DNA of 64,000 bases. Origin: Acidobacteriota bacterium (GTDB lineage Bacteria > Acidobacteriota > Vicinamibacteria > Vicinamibacterales > UBA2999). Under the pieces are notes generated by a model that worked only from the letters and a program-made list of their open reading frames with translations, searched no databases and was not told the DNA's origin. Location of the stretch: the NCBI GenBank assembly GCA_031364805.1, contig JANLWW010000144.1, positions 1,964-65,963 on the forward strand, written 5' to 3'. Of the stretch, positions 51,671-61,703 are shown piece after piece; the stretch's first letter is position 1; each line of letters starts with the position of its first letter. The position numbers were made by a program, and so were the translations under genes.

Positions 51671-52791
51671 TGCAGGTGGCTTCCGGCGACCATCACCTCG
51701 CGCGTCAGGCGGGGTTGCGCCGCACACTGCGTTCGGCGTCGCTTGATGCGCTGATCGTCACGTCCCTCCCCAACATCGCGTACCTGACCGGGCTCTTCGC
51801 CTCCACCGCTGCGCTCCTCGTCGGGGAGGTTGAGGCGCAACTGTTTGTTGACGGTCGTTACCTCGCCGTGGCCGAGGCACGGCGAGCCGAGTTGCCGGGG
51901 CTCAGCCTGACGCTCGTGTCTTCGTTCGGAAGTTTCGAGGAGTCGATTGCGGAGGCCGCGAGACGTTACTGGCCCGGCCGGGTTGGGATCGAAGCCAGCC
52001 ACATGACGGTTCGGCAACATCAGCAGCTCGAGGTGCGCATGTCTCGCCAGGGTGGTGCCGTGACTCTTGAAGGTACCGATGGACTTGTCGAAAACCTGCG
52101 CGCCGTGAAGGATTCGTGGGAGCTTAGTCGTCTCAGGGATGGGGCGGTGAGACTTTCAGATGCCGCTAAGTGTATAATCCCAAAAGCCTTAGCGGGAATG
52201 CGCGAGCGAGAAGTCGCCGGGGCCATCGAGGCGGAACTGCGGCGGGTCGGGTTCGATAAGCCCGCCTTTGATACCATCGTCGCGTCCGGGCCGAACTCAG
52301 CCATTCCTCATTACCGGAGTGGCGGCCGTCGGCTCGCGGATGGTGACCTTGTGGTGTTGGACTTCGGTGGCATGCTCGATGGCTATGCCGTGGACCTTTC
52401 GAGGACCATCGTGATCGGACCACCATCGGCGAGGGCGCAACAGCTGTTGACCGAGGTGGCGGCGGCGCAGCTCGCGGGCTTTGAGGCCGTCAGCATTGGC
52501 CGGCCCGCCACTGAGGTCGACGCGGCTGCCAGGCAGGTGTTGGAACGGGCGGGCCTCGGCGAAGCGTTCAGCCATGGGACCGGTCACGGCCTTGGCCTTG
52601 AAGTGCACGAACTGCCGCGGGTGACCCGGTTTCGGCCGGGGCTGGCGGCGGAACCGCTGCAAGCGGGTATGGTGTTTACGCTGGAACCCGGAGCCTATCT
52701 TCCTGGCTGGGGTGGCGTGCGGATAGAAGATGACGTTGTGGTGACGGCGGATGGCCCGGAATGGCTGACCGACGTTCCGCGGCTGATGTGA
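51670..52791 (+). CDS. pepP: M24-family Xaa-Pro aminopeptidase
   Basis: Creatinase-like N-domain plus pita-bread catalytic-domain motifs (DGDLVVLDFGG, HGTGHGLGLEVHE, FTLEPGAY, GGVRIEDDV). Confidence 0.88.
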   Translation: MQVASGDHHLARQAGLRRTLRSASLDALIVTSLPNIAYLTGLFASTAALLVGEVEAQLFVDGRYLAVAEARRAELPGLSLTLVSSFGSFEESIAEAARRYWPGRVGIEASHMTVRQHQQLEVRMSRQGGAVTLEGTDGLVENLRAVKDSWELSRLRDGAVRLSDAAKCIIPKALAGMREREVAGAIEAELRRVGFDKPAFDTIVASGPNSAIPHYRSGGRRLADGDLVVLDFGGMLDGYAVDLSRTIVIGPPSARAQQLLTEVAAAQLAGFEAVSIGRPATEVDAAARQVLERAGLGEAFSHGTGHGLGLEVHELPRVTRFRPGLAAEPLQAGMVFTLEPGAYLPGWGGVRIEDDVVVTADGPEWLTDVPRLM

Positions 52792-52802
52792 GCGACCTGA
52801 CA

Positions 52803-53276
52803 ATGACACTGGACGAGATCAAGCAGCTCATCGAATTCATCAAGTCACATGAGCTGAGCGAGTTCGAACTCGAGCACGACGGGGTGAAGATCCGTATCAA
52901 GAGCGGATTGAGCCACCAACTGGTGGCCGTGCCACAAATGGCTGCGGCTGCCCCGAGCATCGCCTCCGTGGCGGCGCCCGCGGCGACCTCAGCGGCGCTG
53001 GCTGCCGCGCCGGCAGAGAATGAGGGCGGCGAGCTGGCGATTGTGAAATCGCCGATCGTCGGCACGTTCTACCGTGCGGCGGAACCCGACGCCAAGGCGT
53101 TTGCCTCGGTCGGCGACGCGGTGCGCAAGGGCCAGGTGCTTTGCATCATTGAAGCCATGAAGCTGATGAACGAGATCGACTCCGAGTATGACGGTGAGAT
53201 CACCAGCGTCTACGTGGAGAACGGGCAGGCCGTGCAGTACGGCGAGCGCCTGTTTGCGATTCGGCCGACTTCCTAA
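52803..53276 (+). CDS. accB: Acetyl-CoA carboxylase biotin carboxyl carrier protein
   Basis: MTLDEIKQLIEFI.. N-terminus, an Ala/Pro linker and the biotinylation motif EAMKLMNEI. GTG 52788 is an alternative start. Confidence 0.93.
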   Translation: MTLDEIKQLIEFIKSHELSEFELEHDGVKIRIKSGLSHQLVAVPQMAAAAPSIASVAAPAATSAALAAAPAENEGGELAIVKSPIVGTFYRAAEPDAKAFASVGDAVRKGQVLCIIEAMKLMNEIDSEYDGEITSVYVENGQAVQYGERLFAIRPTS

Positions 53277-53279
53277 ACC

Positions 53280-54650
53280 ATGTTCAAAAAAATCCTTGTC
53301 GCCAATCGTGGAGAGATCGCGCTGCGCGTGATTTTCGCGTGTCGCGAGCTGGGCATCAAGACCGTCGCCGTCTATTCCGAGGCCGACGAGAACTCCCTGC
53401 ACGTGCGGTTTGCGGATGAAGATATCTGCATCGGGCCGGCGCGGAGCAGTGACAGCTACCTGAACGTGCCGGCGATTATCAGCGCCGCTGAGATCACCGG
53501 CGCCGACGCGCTCCATCCGGGGTACGGATTCCTGTCGGAGAGTGCCTACCTGGCGGAAGTGTGCGAGGCCTGCCACATTCGCTTCATTGGTCCGGACCCG
53601 AGCGTGATTCGCCTGCTGGGCGACAAGTCGAAGGCCCGCCGGGCGATGAAGAAGGCCGGCGTGCCCATGCTGCCCGGCAGCGATGGCCCGGTCGAGAGTG
53701 AAGAGAAGGCCATCAAGATCGCCTTGCAGATCGGCTACCCGGTCATCATCAAGGCGGTCGCCGGCGGCGGTGGCCGCGGCATGCGCATCGTCAAGAACCC
53801 CTCGGAGTTGCCGCATGCGTTCAAGACGGCACAGCGCGAGGCCGAGTCGGCCTTCGGCGTGGGTGACGTCTACATCGAAAAGTACCTCGAGGCACCGCGC
53901 CACATCGAGTTTCAGATCCTGGGCGACCATCACGGCAACGTGGTGCACCTGGGCGAGCGCGAGTGCTCGATCCAGCGCCGTCATCAGAAGCTGTTGGAGG
54001 AGTCGCCCTCGGTGGTGGTTTCCGAAAAGGTGCGCCGCAAGATGGGCGCTGTGGTGGTCGACGCGGCGCGCGCCGTGCAGTACACCAACGCCGGCACGTT
54101 CGAGTTCCTCCTGGACGAGAAGGGCAACTTCTTCTTCATGGAAGTGAACACCCGTGTGCAGGTCGAGCACCCGGTCACCGAAATGGTGACGGGCATCGAC
54201 ATCGTCAAGGAACAGATTCGCATTGCGGCCGGCGCCAGGCTTGGCTTCAAGCAGAGCGACGTGACCTTCACTGGTCACGCTATGGAATGCCGCATCAACG
54301 CTGAAGACCCCGAGACCTTCGTGCCGTCGCCTGGCATGATTCACGCGTTCAGCGTGCCCGGTGGCCCGGGCGTGCGCGTTGACACCGCGGCGCACTCGGA
54401 GTGCCTGATCTCGCCGTATTACGACTCGATGGTGGCCAAGGTGATCGTGCACGGGCGCGATCGGCAGGAGGCCATTGCGCGCATGAAGCGGACGCTGGAG
54501 ATGTCGGTCGTCGAGGGCATTCGCACGACTATTCCGCTGCACCTGAAGATTCTCAGCGACCCCGATTTCATCGCCGGCCGGCTCAGCACGCATTTCATGG
54601 AGCGCTTTGCCGCCAAGCCCAAGGCCACCCGGCTCGCCGAGTCGGCTTAA
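53280..54650 (+). CDS. accC: Acetyl-CoA carboxylase biotin carboxylase subunit
   Basis: [16 protein letters not shown].. and ATP-grasp motifs throughout. Confidence 0.97.
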   Translation: MFKKILVANRGEIALRVIFACRELGIKTVAVYSEADENSLHVRFADEDICIGPARSSDSYLNVPAIISAAEITGADALHPGYGFLSESAYLAEVCEACHIRFIGPDPSVIRLLGDKSKARRAMKKAGVPMLPGSDGPVESEEKAIKIALQIGYPVIIKAVAGGGGRGMRIVKNPSELPHAFKTAQREAESAFGVGDVYIEKYLEAPRHIEFQILGDHHGNVVHLGERECSIQRRHQKLLEESPSVVVSEKVRRKMGAVVVDAARAVQYTNAGTFEFLLDEKGNFFFMEVNTRVQVEHPVTEMVTGIDIVKEQIRIAAGARLGFKQSDVTFTGHAMECRINAEDPETFVPSPGMIHAFSVPGGPGVRVDTAAHSECLISPYYDSMVAKVIVHGRDRQEAIARMKRTLEMSVVEGIRTTIPLHLKILSDPDFIAGRLSTHFMERFAAKPKATRLAESA

Positions 54651-55269
54651 CCTTCCGACGCTGTACGCCATCGTCGATGTGGACGTCTGCGCCCGCGTGG
54701 GACGAGCACCGCTCGACGTCGTGCGGGCCTTCCTGTCGGCCGGCGTCCGGCTGATCCAACTCCGCGCCAAGACTTGGGAGAGTGGCGCCTTCCTCGACCT
54801 GGCGCACGCCACAGTGGAGGAGGCAAGGCCCGAGGGTGTCGTGGTCGTGGTGAACGACCGCGCCGACATTGCCATGCTGTCAGGCGCGCAGGGCCTGCAT
54901 GTTGGCCAGGATGACCTCACTCCCACAGACGCGCGACGAGTCATCGGCCGGGCCTCGTGGGTCGGCCTGTCGACCCATACGGAGGCGCAGTGGACTGCCG
55001 CGTTTGACGAGCCGGTCACCTACGTGGCCATCGGACCGGTGTTTGGCACGGAAACCAAGGCAACCGGCTATTGCGCCGTAGGACTAGAGACGGTCGGCCG
55101 CGTAGCGGCGGTCGCGCGAGCGATGCCGGTGGTGGCCATTGGTGGAATCACCCTCGACAACGCCGCTGCGGTCATCGCCGCCGGCGCCTCGTCCGTGGCG
55201 GTGATCAGCGACCTGCTGGCGGGTTCGGTCGAGGCGCGGGCGCGCGCCTTCATCGCCGCCCTGGCGTAG
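54607..55269 (+). CDS. thiE: Thiamine-phosphate synthase, paralog 2
   Basis: LYAIVD.., [24 protein letters not shown] and VAIGGI motifs. The only in-frame canonical start (ATG 54607) overlaps accC by 44 nt. Confidence 0.8.
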   Translation: MPPSPRPPGSPSRLNLPTLYAIVDVDVCARVGRAPLDVVRAFLSAGVRLIQLRAKTWESGAFLDLAHATVEEARPEGVVVVVNDRADIAMLSGAQGLHVGQDDLTPTDARRVIGRASWVGLSTHTEAQWTAAFDEPVTYVAIGPVFGTETKATGYCAVGLETVGRVAAVARAMPVVAIGGITLDNAAAVIAAGASSVAVISDLLAGSVEARARAFIAALA

Positions 55270-55339
55270 TCGGCACCGCGACAAGGCCCTTCGCGGGTGA
55301 CCAGATACATTGCTCAGCGCAAAGCTGAGCGATTCCCCA

Positions 55340-55345
55340 TATAAT
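55340..55345 (+). promoter_or_regulatory. Candidate -10 box TATAAT upstream of the permease gene
   Basis: Perfect TATAAT 64 nt upstream of ATG 55410. It is preceded by the hairpin GCTCAGC-GCAAA-GCTGAGC (55311..55329). GGAGG lies 5 nt before the ATG. Confidence 0.35.
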
Positions 55346-55409
55346 CCGTGTGTTTGCCAGCCACCCGCGCTCGAATGGGGGCGGGACCGACCACTTAGTT
55401 GGAGGCGGA

Positions 55410-57122
55410 ATGGATTCGAATCTGTTCAAGACGAAGTCGCTCGAGCAGCTCGTCGGCGACGTCGAACATGGAGGCAAGGCGCTCAAGCGTAGCCTCTCAG
55501 CATGGGATCTGACGCTGCTTGGCATCGGCGCGATCATCGGCACGGGCATCTTCGTGCTGACCGGAACCGCCGCCGCGAACCAGGCGGGACCGGCCATCAC
55601 CATGTCGTACCTCGCAGCCGGCCTGGCCTGCGCCTTTGCGGCACTCTGCTATGCCGAGTTTGCCTCGATGATTCCGATCGCAGGCAGCGCCTACACGTAT
55701 GCCTACGCGACACTGGGCGAGCTGGTGGCGTGGATGATCGGCTGGGACTTGATCCTCGAGTACGCCGTGGGCTCGATGACCGTGGCGATCGGGTGGAGCG
55801 GCTACATGCAGCGGCTGCTGGCCGGCTTCGGCGTCGAGTTGCCGATGTGGATGGCGGCGGCGCCACCCGTGGGCATCATCAACCTGCCGGCCGTGCTGAT
55901 CGTGCTCTTCATCATGGTGCTGCTGGTGATTGGCATCCGCGAATCGGCACGCTTCAATGCGGTGATGGTCGCCATCAAGCTGGCCGCGGTGCTGTTTTTC
56001 CTCGCGGCTGGCGTGTCGTATGTCGAGCCGACCAACTGGCAGCCCTACGCGCCATATGGCTGGCCCGGCATCATGGCCGCGGCGGCCGTGGTGTTCTTCG
56101 CCTACATCGGCTTCGATGCGGTCTCGACGACCGCGGAGGAGGCGAAGAATCCGACCCGCGACCTGCCGATTGGCATCATCGCGTCGCTGGTCGTCTGCAC
56201 CATCCTGTACCTCGCGGTCGGCGCGGTGCTGACCGGCATCGTCCCGGTCGTGCACTATCGCGCGCTTGCCGAAGCGCTGCCGGGCATCCCGATGGTCGCG
56301 CAGGCCGAATCGGTGCTGTTCCTCAATGCGCCGGTTGCTTACGCCTTGAACGTGATTGGGCAGGACTGGGCGGCGGGCCTGGTCTCGGCCGGCGCGGTCG
56401 CCGGCATCACCTCGGTCATGCTGGTCATGCTGATGAGCCAGCCGCGCATCTTCTTCGCGATGAGCCGTGACCGCCTGCTGCCCCCGGGCGTCAGCAAGGT
56501 CCACCCCAAGTTCGGCACGCCTTACATCACGACCATCATCACCTGCGTCATCGTCGCGCTCGTCGCCGGCGTCACGCAGATCCAGGTGGTCGGCGAAATG
56601 ACCAGCATCGGCACGCTGTTCGCGTTCGTGGTGGTGTGCGCGGCGGTGCTGGTGTTGCGTGTCAAGCGTCCCGACGCCAAGCGCTCCTTCAAGGTCCCGT
56701 TTGGTCCGGTGTTTCCGATCCTGGGCATCCTGTCGTGTTCGTACCTGATGTTGAGCCTGCCGATCCTCACGTGGGTTCGATTCCTGGTATGGCTCGATAT
56801 CGGCATGGTCATTTACTGGTTCTATGGCCGCACCCATAGTCCGCTGGTCAATGCCGCCGAAGCGTCGGCGCGCACGCCGATGCAGTCATTCGGCAACTTC
56901 ATTAATACGCTGGGCCTGCTGCTGATCTTCAATGCGGCCTGCATGGTCATTCTCGGCTACATGACCGAGTTCGGCATCACCAACGAGACCACCGCAAAGT
57001 GGGGCGAGATTGGCGTCACCGCCGACCAGGCCGATACCTTCGGCCTGCAGTTCCTCGCCGTATCAGTGGCCGTGTGGGTCGTCGGCTTCGGCTTGACCAA
57101 GGCTTCAGGAGAGAAGGGCTAG
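55410..57122 (+). CDS. APC-superfamily amino acid permease (cationic amino acid transporter-like)
   Basis: About 12-14 TM helices and the family N-terminus LKRSLSAWDLTLLGIGAIIGTGIFVLTG. ATG 55410 has a GGAGG Shine-Dalgarno sequence. Confidence 0.9.
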   Translation: MDSNLFKTKSLEQLVGDVEHGGKALKRSLSAWDLTLLGIGAIIGTGIFVLTGTAAANQAGPAITMSYLAAGLACAFAALCYAEFASMIPIAGSAYTYAYATLGELVAWMIGWDLILEYAVGSMTVAIGWSGYMQRLLAGFGVELPMWMAAAPPVGIINLPAVLIVLFIMVLLVIGIRESARFNAVMVAIKLAAVLFFLAAGVSYVEPTNWQPYAPYGWPGIMAAAAVVFFAYIGFDAVSTTAEEAKNPTRDLPIGIIASLVVCTILYLAVGAVLTGIVPVVHYRALAEALPGIPMVAQAESVLFLNAPVAYALNVIGQDWAAGLVSAGAVAGITSVMLVMLMSQPRIFFAMSRDRLLPPGVSKVHPKFGTPYITTIITCVIVALVAGVTQIQVVGEMTSIGTLFAFVVVCAAVLVLRVKRPDAKRSFKVPFGPVFPILGILSCSYLMLSLPILTWVRFLVWLDIGMVIYWFYGRTHSPLVNAAEASARTPMQSFGNFINTLGLLLIFNAACMVILGYMTEFGITNETTAKWGEIGVTADQADTFGLQFLAVSVAVWVVGFGLTKASGEKG

Positions 57123-57124
57123 CT

Positions 57125-58066
57125 CTGACGGCACGACGATTAGACGGCGCCGCGTGCGCCGGGCGCATTCGCGAAGAAGTTGCCCCGCGTGTCGCCGCGT
57201 TTGTGCAACGCCACGGCCGGCCCCCCGGGTTGGGCGTGGTGCTGGCTGGCGAGAATCCTGCGTCAGAACTCTATGTTCGGAACAAGCTCAAGACCGTCGC
57301 GGCGGCCGGTTGCCGGGCCGAACTCTTCCGCCTCGACGCTTCGGCCGCACTCGCCGATGCGCTGGCGCTGGTCCGGCAGTTGAACGACGATGAAAGCATT
57401 GACGGCATCCTGGTGCAGTCGCCATTGCCCGCGGCAATGGGGCCGGAAGCCGAGCAGCGGGTCTTCGATACGATCGATCCGCTGAAGGACGTGGACGGGT
57501 TCCATCCCATCAACGTTGGCATGCTGGTGCAGAAGCGCCAGTCGTTGGTGGCGTGCACGCCGCTTGGTTGTGTCGAGTTGCTCGAGCGCGAGGGTATTTC
57601 GCTGCGGGGGAAGCACGCTGTGGTAATTGGGCGAAGCGATATCGTGGGCAAGCCCATGGCGTTGTTGTTGCTGCACCGCGATGCGACGGTTACCGTGTGC
57701 CATTCGCGCACGGTCGACCTGCCAGCGGTGGCCAGCACGGCTGATATCCTGGTAGCCGCGATTGGGCGGCCGGCATTCGTCACGCGCGACTACGTCAAGC
57801 CGGGCGCCACCGTCATCGACGTGGGAATCAACACCCTGACCGATCGCGCCGAGGTGGAGCGTTATTTTGCCGAGGGCAGCCGCAAGCGGGCCCAGTTTGC
57901 CGGGAAGGGCAGCGTGCTGGTCGGCGATGTGCATCCCGAGGTGGAAGAAATGGCCGGGGCCTTGACGCCCGTGCCTGGCGGCGTGGGACCGCTGACAATC
58001 GCAATGGTTCTGCGGAACACGGTAACTGCAGCGGAGCTGCGGAAGGATAGGGGGCGGCCGCTTTAG
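57125..58066 (+). CDS. folD: Bifunctional methylenetetrahydrofolate dehydrogenase / methenyl-THF cyclohydrolase
   Basis: ARRLDGAACAGRIREEV.. aligns with the FolD N-terminus (E. coli MAAKIIDGKTIAQQVRSEV). Also GRSDIVGKPMA and PVPGGVGPLT. Start assigned to CTG 57125 (see findings). Confidence 0.88.
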   Translation: MTARRLDGAACAGRIREEVAPRVAAFVQRHGRPPGLGVVLAGENPASELYVRNKLKTVAAAGCRAELFRLDASAALADALALVRQLNDDESIDGILVQSPLPAAMGPEAEQRVFDTIDPLKDVDGFHPINVGMLVQKRQSLVACTPLGCVELLEREGISLRGKHAVVIGRSDIVGKPMALLLLHRDATVTVCHSRTVDLPAVASTADILVAAIGRPAFVTRDYVKPGATVIDVGINTLTDRAEVERYFAEGSRKRAQFAGKGSVLVGDVHPEVEEMAGALTPVPGGVGPLTIAMVLRNTVTAAELRKDRGRPL

Positions 58067-58080
58067 CCGCCACATTTGCT

Positions 58081-58689
58081 ATGCCGATCCGAAAGATTGC
58101 GCTCACGGGTGGCATTGCCACCGGCAAGACTTACGTCGCCGACCGGCTGCGGGCGGCGGCCGTGCCGATTGTCGACGCCGACGTCCTCGCCCGCGAGGTG
58201 GTGGCGCTCGGTACACCGGCACTGGCGGCTGTCAGGCAGCGTTTTGGTCCTGACGTGATCCGGCGCGACGGCACGATGGACCGCATCAGGGTCGGGCAGA
58301 TTATTTTCAAGGACAAGCGCGCCCGGCAGGATCTTGAAGCCATTATTCACCCGGCCGTCCAGAAGGCCGTCGACAAGTACTTCACCACGCTCCCCAAGAA
58401 GACGCCATTTGCGGTCGCCGACATCCCCCTGTTGTTCGAGACCGGTCGCGAAGGGCAGTTCGCCGACGTGATCGTGGTGGCCTGCCCGCGGCCGATGCAG
58501 TTGCAGCGGGTGATGGAGCGCAACAAGTTGAGCAAGGAAGACGCGGAGCGCCGGCTGGCGGCGCAGTGGCCGATCGAGAAGAAGATCGAGAAGGCGACGC
58601 ACGTGATTCGCACTGACGGCAGCTTCGACGAAACCAACGCGCAAATCGACAAGCTGATTGGGTTGTTCACCGACGCCAAGGCCCGCTGA
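58081..58689 (+). CDS. coaE: Dephospho-CoA kinase
   Basis: IALTGGIATGKT P-loop and IPLLFE. Confidence 0.92.
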   Translation: MPIRKIALTGGIATGKTYVADRLRAAAVPIVDADVLAREVVALGTPALAAVRQRFGPDVIRRDGTMDRIRVGQIIFKDKRARQDLEAIIHPAVQKAVDKYFTTLPKKTPFAVADIPLLFETGREGQFADVIVVACPRPMQLQRVMERNKLSKEDAERRLAAQWPIEKKIEKATHVIRTDGSFDETNAQIDKLIGLFTDAKAR

Positions 58690-58703
58690 TCTCCGCGCCC
58701 TGA

Positions 58704-59921
58704 TTACATCTCGACGGTCGCCTCGTGGGCGGGGGCGATCCGTTCCTCGACAAACGAATTCCACTCGTGGCAGTGCGGACATTGCCACAGCAGCTCGGTG
58801 CTGCGGTAGTGGCACTTCACGCAGACATGCGGGTCGAGGAAGAACACTGACGACCGCGCCGACTCGATGTAACGCTGCACGAGCGCCGGGCCGAGGTCGA
58901 GCTTCTGCAGCACACCCCAGACGGCCTGGTGTACGGTCAGCCCATGCGGGTTGTGCGCGAGCGCGGCGAGCAGGTACTCGAACGCCTCACTGTCGCGGCC
59001 GCGCTTGGCCAGGTGCCCGCCGAGTGCCAGGCGGGCGCGCCAGTCCTGCGGATTGGCCGTCACCAGTCGCTTGCAGCGTTCCTCGAACTGATGGGGCTGC
59101 CCAAGCTGCTCGTAGAGCTTCTCGAGACGCCCAAACGCGAGGTAGGCGCGCTCTGGCGAACTGGTCATCAGCCGGTCCCACGCGCTCTCGGCGCCGGCCA
59201 CGTCGCCCTGCATCAGGCGCACGTCACCGAGGTTGAGAAAGGCCGGCACGGTGCCGGCATCGAGCTCGACGGCTTCCTCGAAATGGCGCGCCGCGCGGCC
59301 CCGGTCGCCAACGCTGAGCGCTTCGCGGCCGAGGGCATTCTCCAGAAAGCCGAGAATGGCCTGGTTACGCGGCTGGGTATCGGGGCCGGACAGGGCCACG
59401 AGCTGCTTGCGAATGCGATGCGCGTCGGCCCACTGGTGCTGCTCCTCGTGAAGCTTCTGCAGGTAGAGCAGCGCGTACTGGTTGTTCGGATCCATCCGCA
59501 CAACTTCGTTGAATGCCTCCAGCGCGCGATCGACGAAGCCGCCGCGCTTGAAGTCAAGGCCCAGGCACAGCAGGATGTACGCGAGCTCGACCTTGGTCAG
59601 CTTGGCCCGCTGCAATAGCGCCTGGTGAATCTGGATCGCCCGCGCCACCTGGCCGCGCTCGCGGTGAACGTTGCCCAGGATCAGGTGAATCTCGAGGGCA
59701 TCGCCGTCGACGCGCGTGGCCTGGCTCAACTCTTCGATGGCGAGGTCGATCTGGTTCGAGACCAGGAAGTTCAAGCCGAGGACATAGTGATGCGAATCGC
59801 GGGCGCGCCGGCGGTCGATCCAGCGGCCGTCGCGCAGCTTGTAGCGTTCCCACGCCTTGCCGACGGCTAGTCCGACCAGCAGCGCGACCAGGGCGCCAAG
59901 AAAGGGAAGCGAGTCGGACAC
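58704..59921 (-). CDS. lapB: LapB/YciM-like LPS assembly regulator (N-terminal TM, TPR repeats, C-terminal rubredoxin-like zinc finger)
   Basis: N-terminal TM helix, multiple TPR repeats, and C-terminal CVKCHYRS..WQCPHCHEW. Confidence 0.85.
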   Translation of the reverse strand: MSDSLPFLGALVALLVGLAVGKAWERYKLRDGRWIDRRRARDSHHYVLGLNFLVSNQIDLAIEELSQATRVDGDALEIHLILGNVHRERGQVARAIQIHQALLQRAKLTKVELAYILLCLGLDFKRGGFVDRALEAFNEVVRMDPNNQYALLYLQKLHEEQHQWADAHRIRKQLVALSGPDTQPRNQAILGFLENALGREALSVGDRGRAARHFEEAVELDAGTVPAFLNLGDVRLMQGDVAGAESAWDRLMTSSPERAYLAFGRLEKLYEQLGQPHQFEERCKRLVTANPQDWRARLALGGHLAKRGRDSEAFEYLLAALAHNPHGLTVHQAVWGVLQKLDLGPALVQRYIESARSSVFFLDPHVCVKCHYRSTELLWQCPHCHEWNSFVEERIAPAHEATVEM

Positions 59922-59923
59922 CG

Positions 59924-60880
59924 TTAAACCATTTCCGTGCGCCAGAGGTCATGCAGGTGCACGACCCCTTCGACCCGGCGGGACGCGTCAACCACCACGA
60001 TCGACGTGATCTTGCGGCTCTCGAGTACCGCGAGGGCTTCAACCGCGAGGGTGTCGTGCCGGATCGTCACCGGCGTGATGCTCATGACATCGCGGGCGGT
60101 GAGCGCCATGACGTCTGCCGTCGACATCTTCCGTCGCAAGTCGCCGTCGGTGATAATCCCAGCGAGCGTGCCATCTTTCTCGAGTACCGAGGTCATCCCC
60201 AGTCCCTTGCGAGACATTTCGTAAATCACGTCGCGCATCGCGGTGTGCAGCTGCACCACGGGGAGCGCATCGCCGCTGTGCATCAACTGCTCGACGCGCA
60301 TCAGCTTCTTGCCGAGCTTGCCGCCGGGATGCAGGTTGGCGAAGTCTTCGGGCTTGAAGCCCTTTTCAACCAGCACCGCCATGGCGAGCGCGTCGCCCAT
60401 GGCGAGCGCCGCGGTGGTGCTCGCCGTCGGCACCAGGTTCATTGGGCACGCTTCTTCCGAGACGCGGCAATCGAGGGCGACGTCGGCCGCCTGGGCGAGC
60501 GTCGACTTGAGGTCGCCGGTCAGCGCGATCAGCGTCGCGCCAATCCGTTTCAGGGTCTCGAGCACGCGCGTGAGTTCTTCGGTCTCCCCGCTGTACGACA
60601 TGGCGATCACCACATCGCCGGCCTGGATCACGCCGAGGTCGCCGTGCACGGCCTCGGCAGGATGGAGGAAGAACGCGGGCGTGCCGGTACTGGCCAGGGT
60701 TGCGGCAATCTTCCGGCAAATGATGCCCGACTTGCCCATGCCGGTGACGATCACGCGGCCCCGGCAGTCGCGGACCAACTCCACGGCGCGGGCGAAGCGT
60801 TCGTCGAGGCGTTCGACCAGCGCCAGGACCGCCGCCGCTTCAGTCTCGAGGACTTTGCGCGCGAGTGTCAGGTCAGGCAT
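59924..60880 (-). CDS. kdsD: Arabinose-5-phosphate isomerase (KpsF/GutQ family; SIS plus tandem CBS)
   Basis: SIS domain (RVIVTGMGKSG..), tandem CBS domains at the C-terminus. ATG 60880 chosen. Confidence 0.9.
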   Translation of the reverse strand: MPDLTLARKVLETEAAAVLALVERLDERFARAVELVRDCRGRVIVTGMGKSGIICRKIAATLASTGTPAFFLHPAEAVHGDLGVIQAGDVVIAMSYSGETEELTRVLETLKRIGATLIALTGDLKSTLAQAADVALDCRVSEEACPMNLVPTASTTAALAMGDALAMAVLVEKGFKPEDFANLHPGGKLGKKLMRVEQLMHSGDALPVVQLHTAMRDVIYEMSRKGLGMTSVLEKDGTLAGIITDGDLRRKMSTADVMALTARDVMSITPVTIRHDTLAVEALAVLESRKITSIVVVDASRRVEGVVHLHDLWRTEMV

Positions 60881-61703
60881 GTCGGACGATCTTATCAAGG
60901 GCGACCAGGCGGCGCATGAGCGGTTCGAGCAGGTCGAGCCGCAGGGCATTGGCCGCGTCGCTCTTGGCGCGGCTCGGCTCCTCGTGCACTTCCATGAACA
61001 CGCCGTCGACGCCCGCGGCGACCCCTGCTTGCGCCAGCGGCTCGATGTACTGCGCGAGGCCCGCGCTCACGCCGTCGCCGGCGCCAGGCAGTTGCAAGCT
61101 GTGAGTCACGTCGAAAATCACGGGGTAGCCCAACTCTCGCAGCATGGGGAAGGCACGAGGATCAACGACCAGGTTGTTGTAGCCGAACGACACGCCGCGC
61201 TCGGTGACCAGCACCTTGGCATTGCCGGAATCGGCGAGCTTGGCGACGACGTGGCGCATGTCGCGCGGCGCCAGGAACTGGCCTTTCTTGACGTTGACGA
61301 CGCGTCCGGTTTTCGCGGCCGCAACCAGCAGGTCCGTCTGCCTCGACAGGAACGCAGGGATCTGAAGAATGTCGACGAACTCGGCGGCCGGCGCGACCTG
61401 GTTGACCTCGTGAACGTCAGTGAGGACCGGCAAACCCGTTCTCGCCTTGACCTTCGCGAGCACCTTCAATCCCTCGCTGAGCCCAGGGCCGCGGTACGAG
61501 GAGATGGATGTGCGATTGGCCTTGTCGAATGAGGCCTTGAAGACGACCGGCGTGCCAAGCCGCTTGGCGACCTCCGCGACGAACAGTCCGATATCAATCG
61601 CGTGCGCTTCGCTCTCGATCACGCACGGCCCAAGAATGAAGGCCAGCGGATGTCCGGTTCCGAACGTAACCGGGCCGGCGCTGACCGGGGCGACAGCGTG
61701 CAC
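60873..61703 (-). CDS. kdsA: 3-deoxy-8-phosphooctulonate (Kdo-8-P) synthase
   Basis: GPCVIES, FKASFDKANR, VKKGQF and DVTHSLQ.PG motifs. Confidence 0.95.
   Translation of the reverse strand: MHAVAPVSAGPVTFGTGHPLAFILGPCVIESEAHAIDIGLFVAEVAKRLGTPVVFKASFDKANRTSISSYRGPGLSEGLKVLAKVKARTGLPVLTDVHEVNQVAPAAEFVDILQIPAFLSRQTDLLVAAAKTGRVVNVKKGQFLAPRDMRHVVAKLADSGNAKVLVTERGVSFGYNNLVVDPRAFPMLRELGYPVIFDVTHSLQLPGAGDGVSAGLAQYIEPLAQAGVAAGVDGVFMEVHEEPSRAKSDAANALRLDLLEPLMRRLVALDKIVRHA

Noticed and set aside
52989-55019. 676-codon minus-strand ORF antisense to accB, accC and thiE. Similar long antisense ORFs occur at 29109..30401, 17633..18682, 13897..14964, 7039..8076, 27374..28432, 55497..56837 and 60243..61532.
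   Set aside because: All lie opposite genes with unmistakable family motifs. Their translations are Arg/Gly/His/Pro-rich low-complexity strings with no recognisable domains. They are typical stop-poor shadow frames of GC3-rich coding sequence.
55270-55409. 140-nt leader with the hairpin GCTCAGC-GCAAA-GCTGAGC upstream of the amino-acid permease, considered as a possible riboswitch.
   Set aside because: I cannot match it to any riboswitch consensus that I know (lysine, glycine, SAM, TPP and others). The hairpin lies upstream of the best -10 box, so it is more simply a terminator-like end of the thiE transcript.
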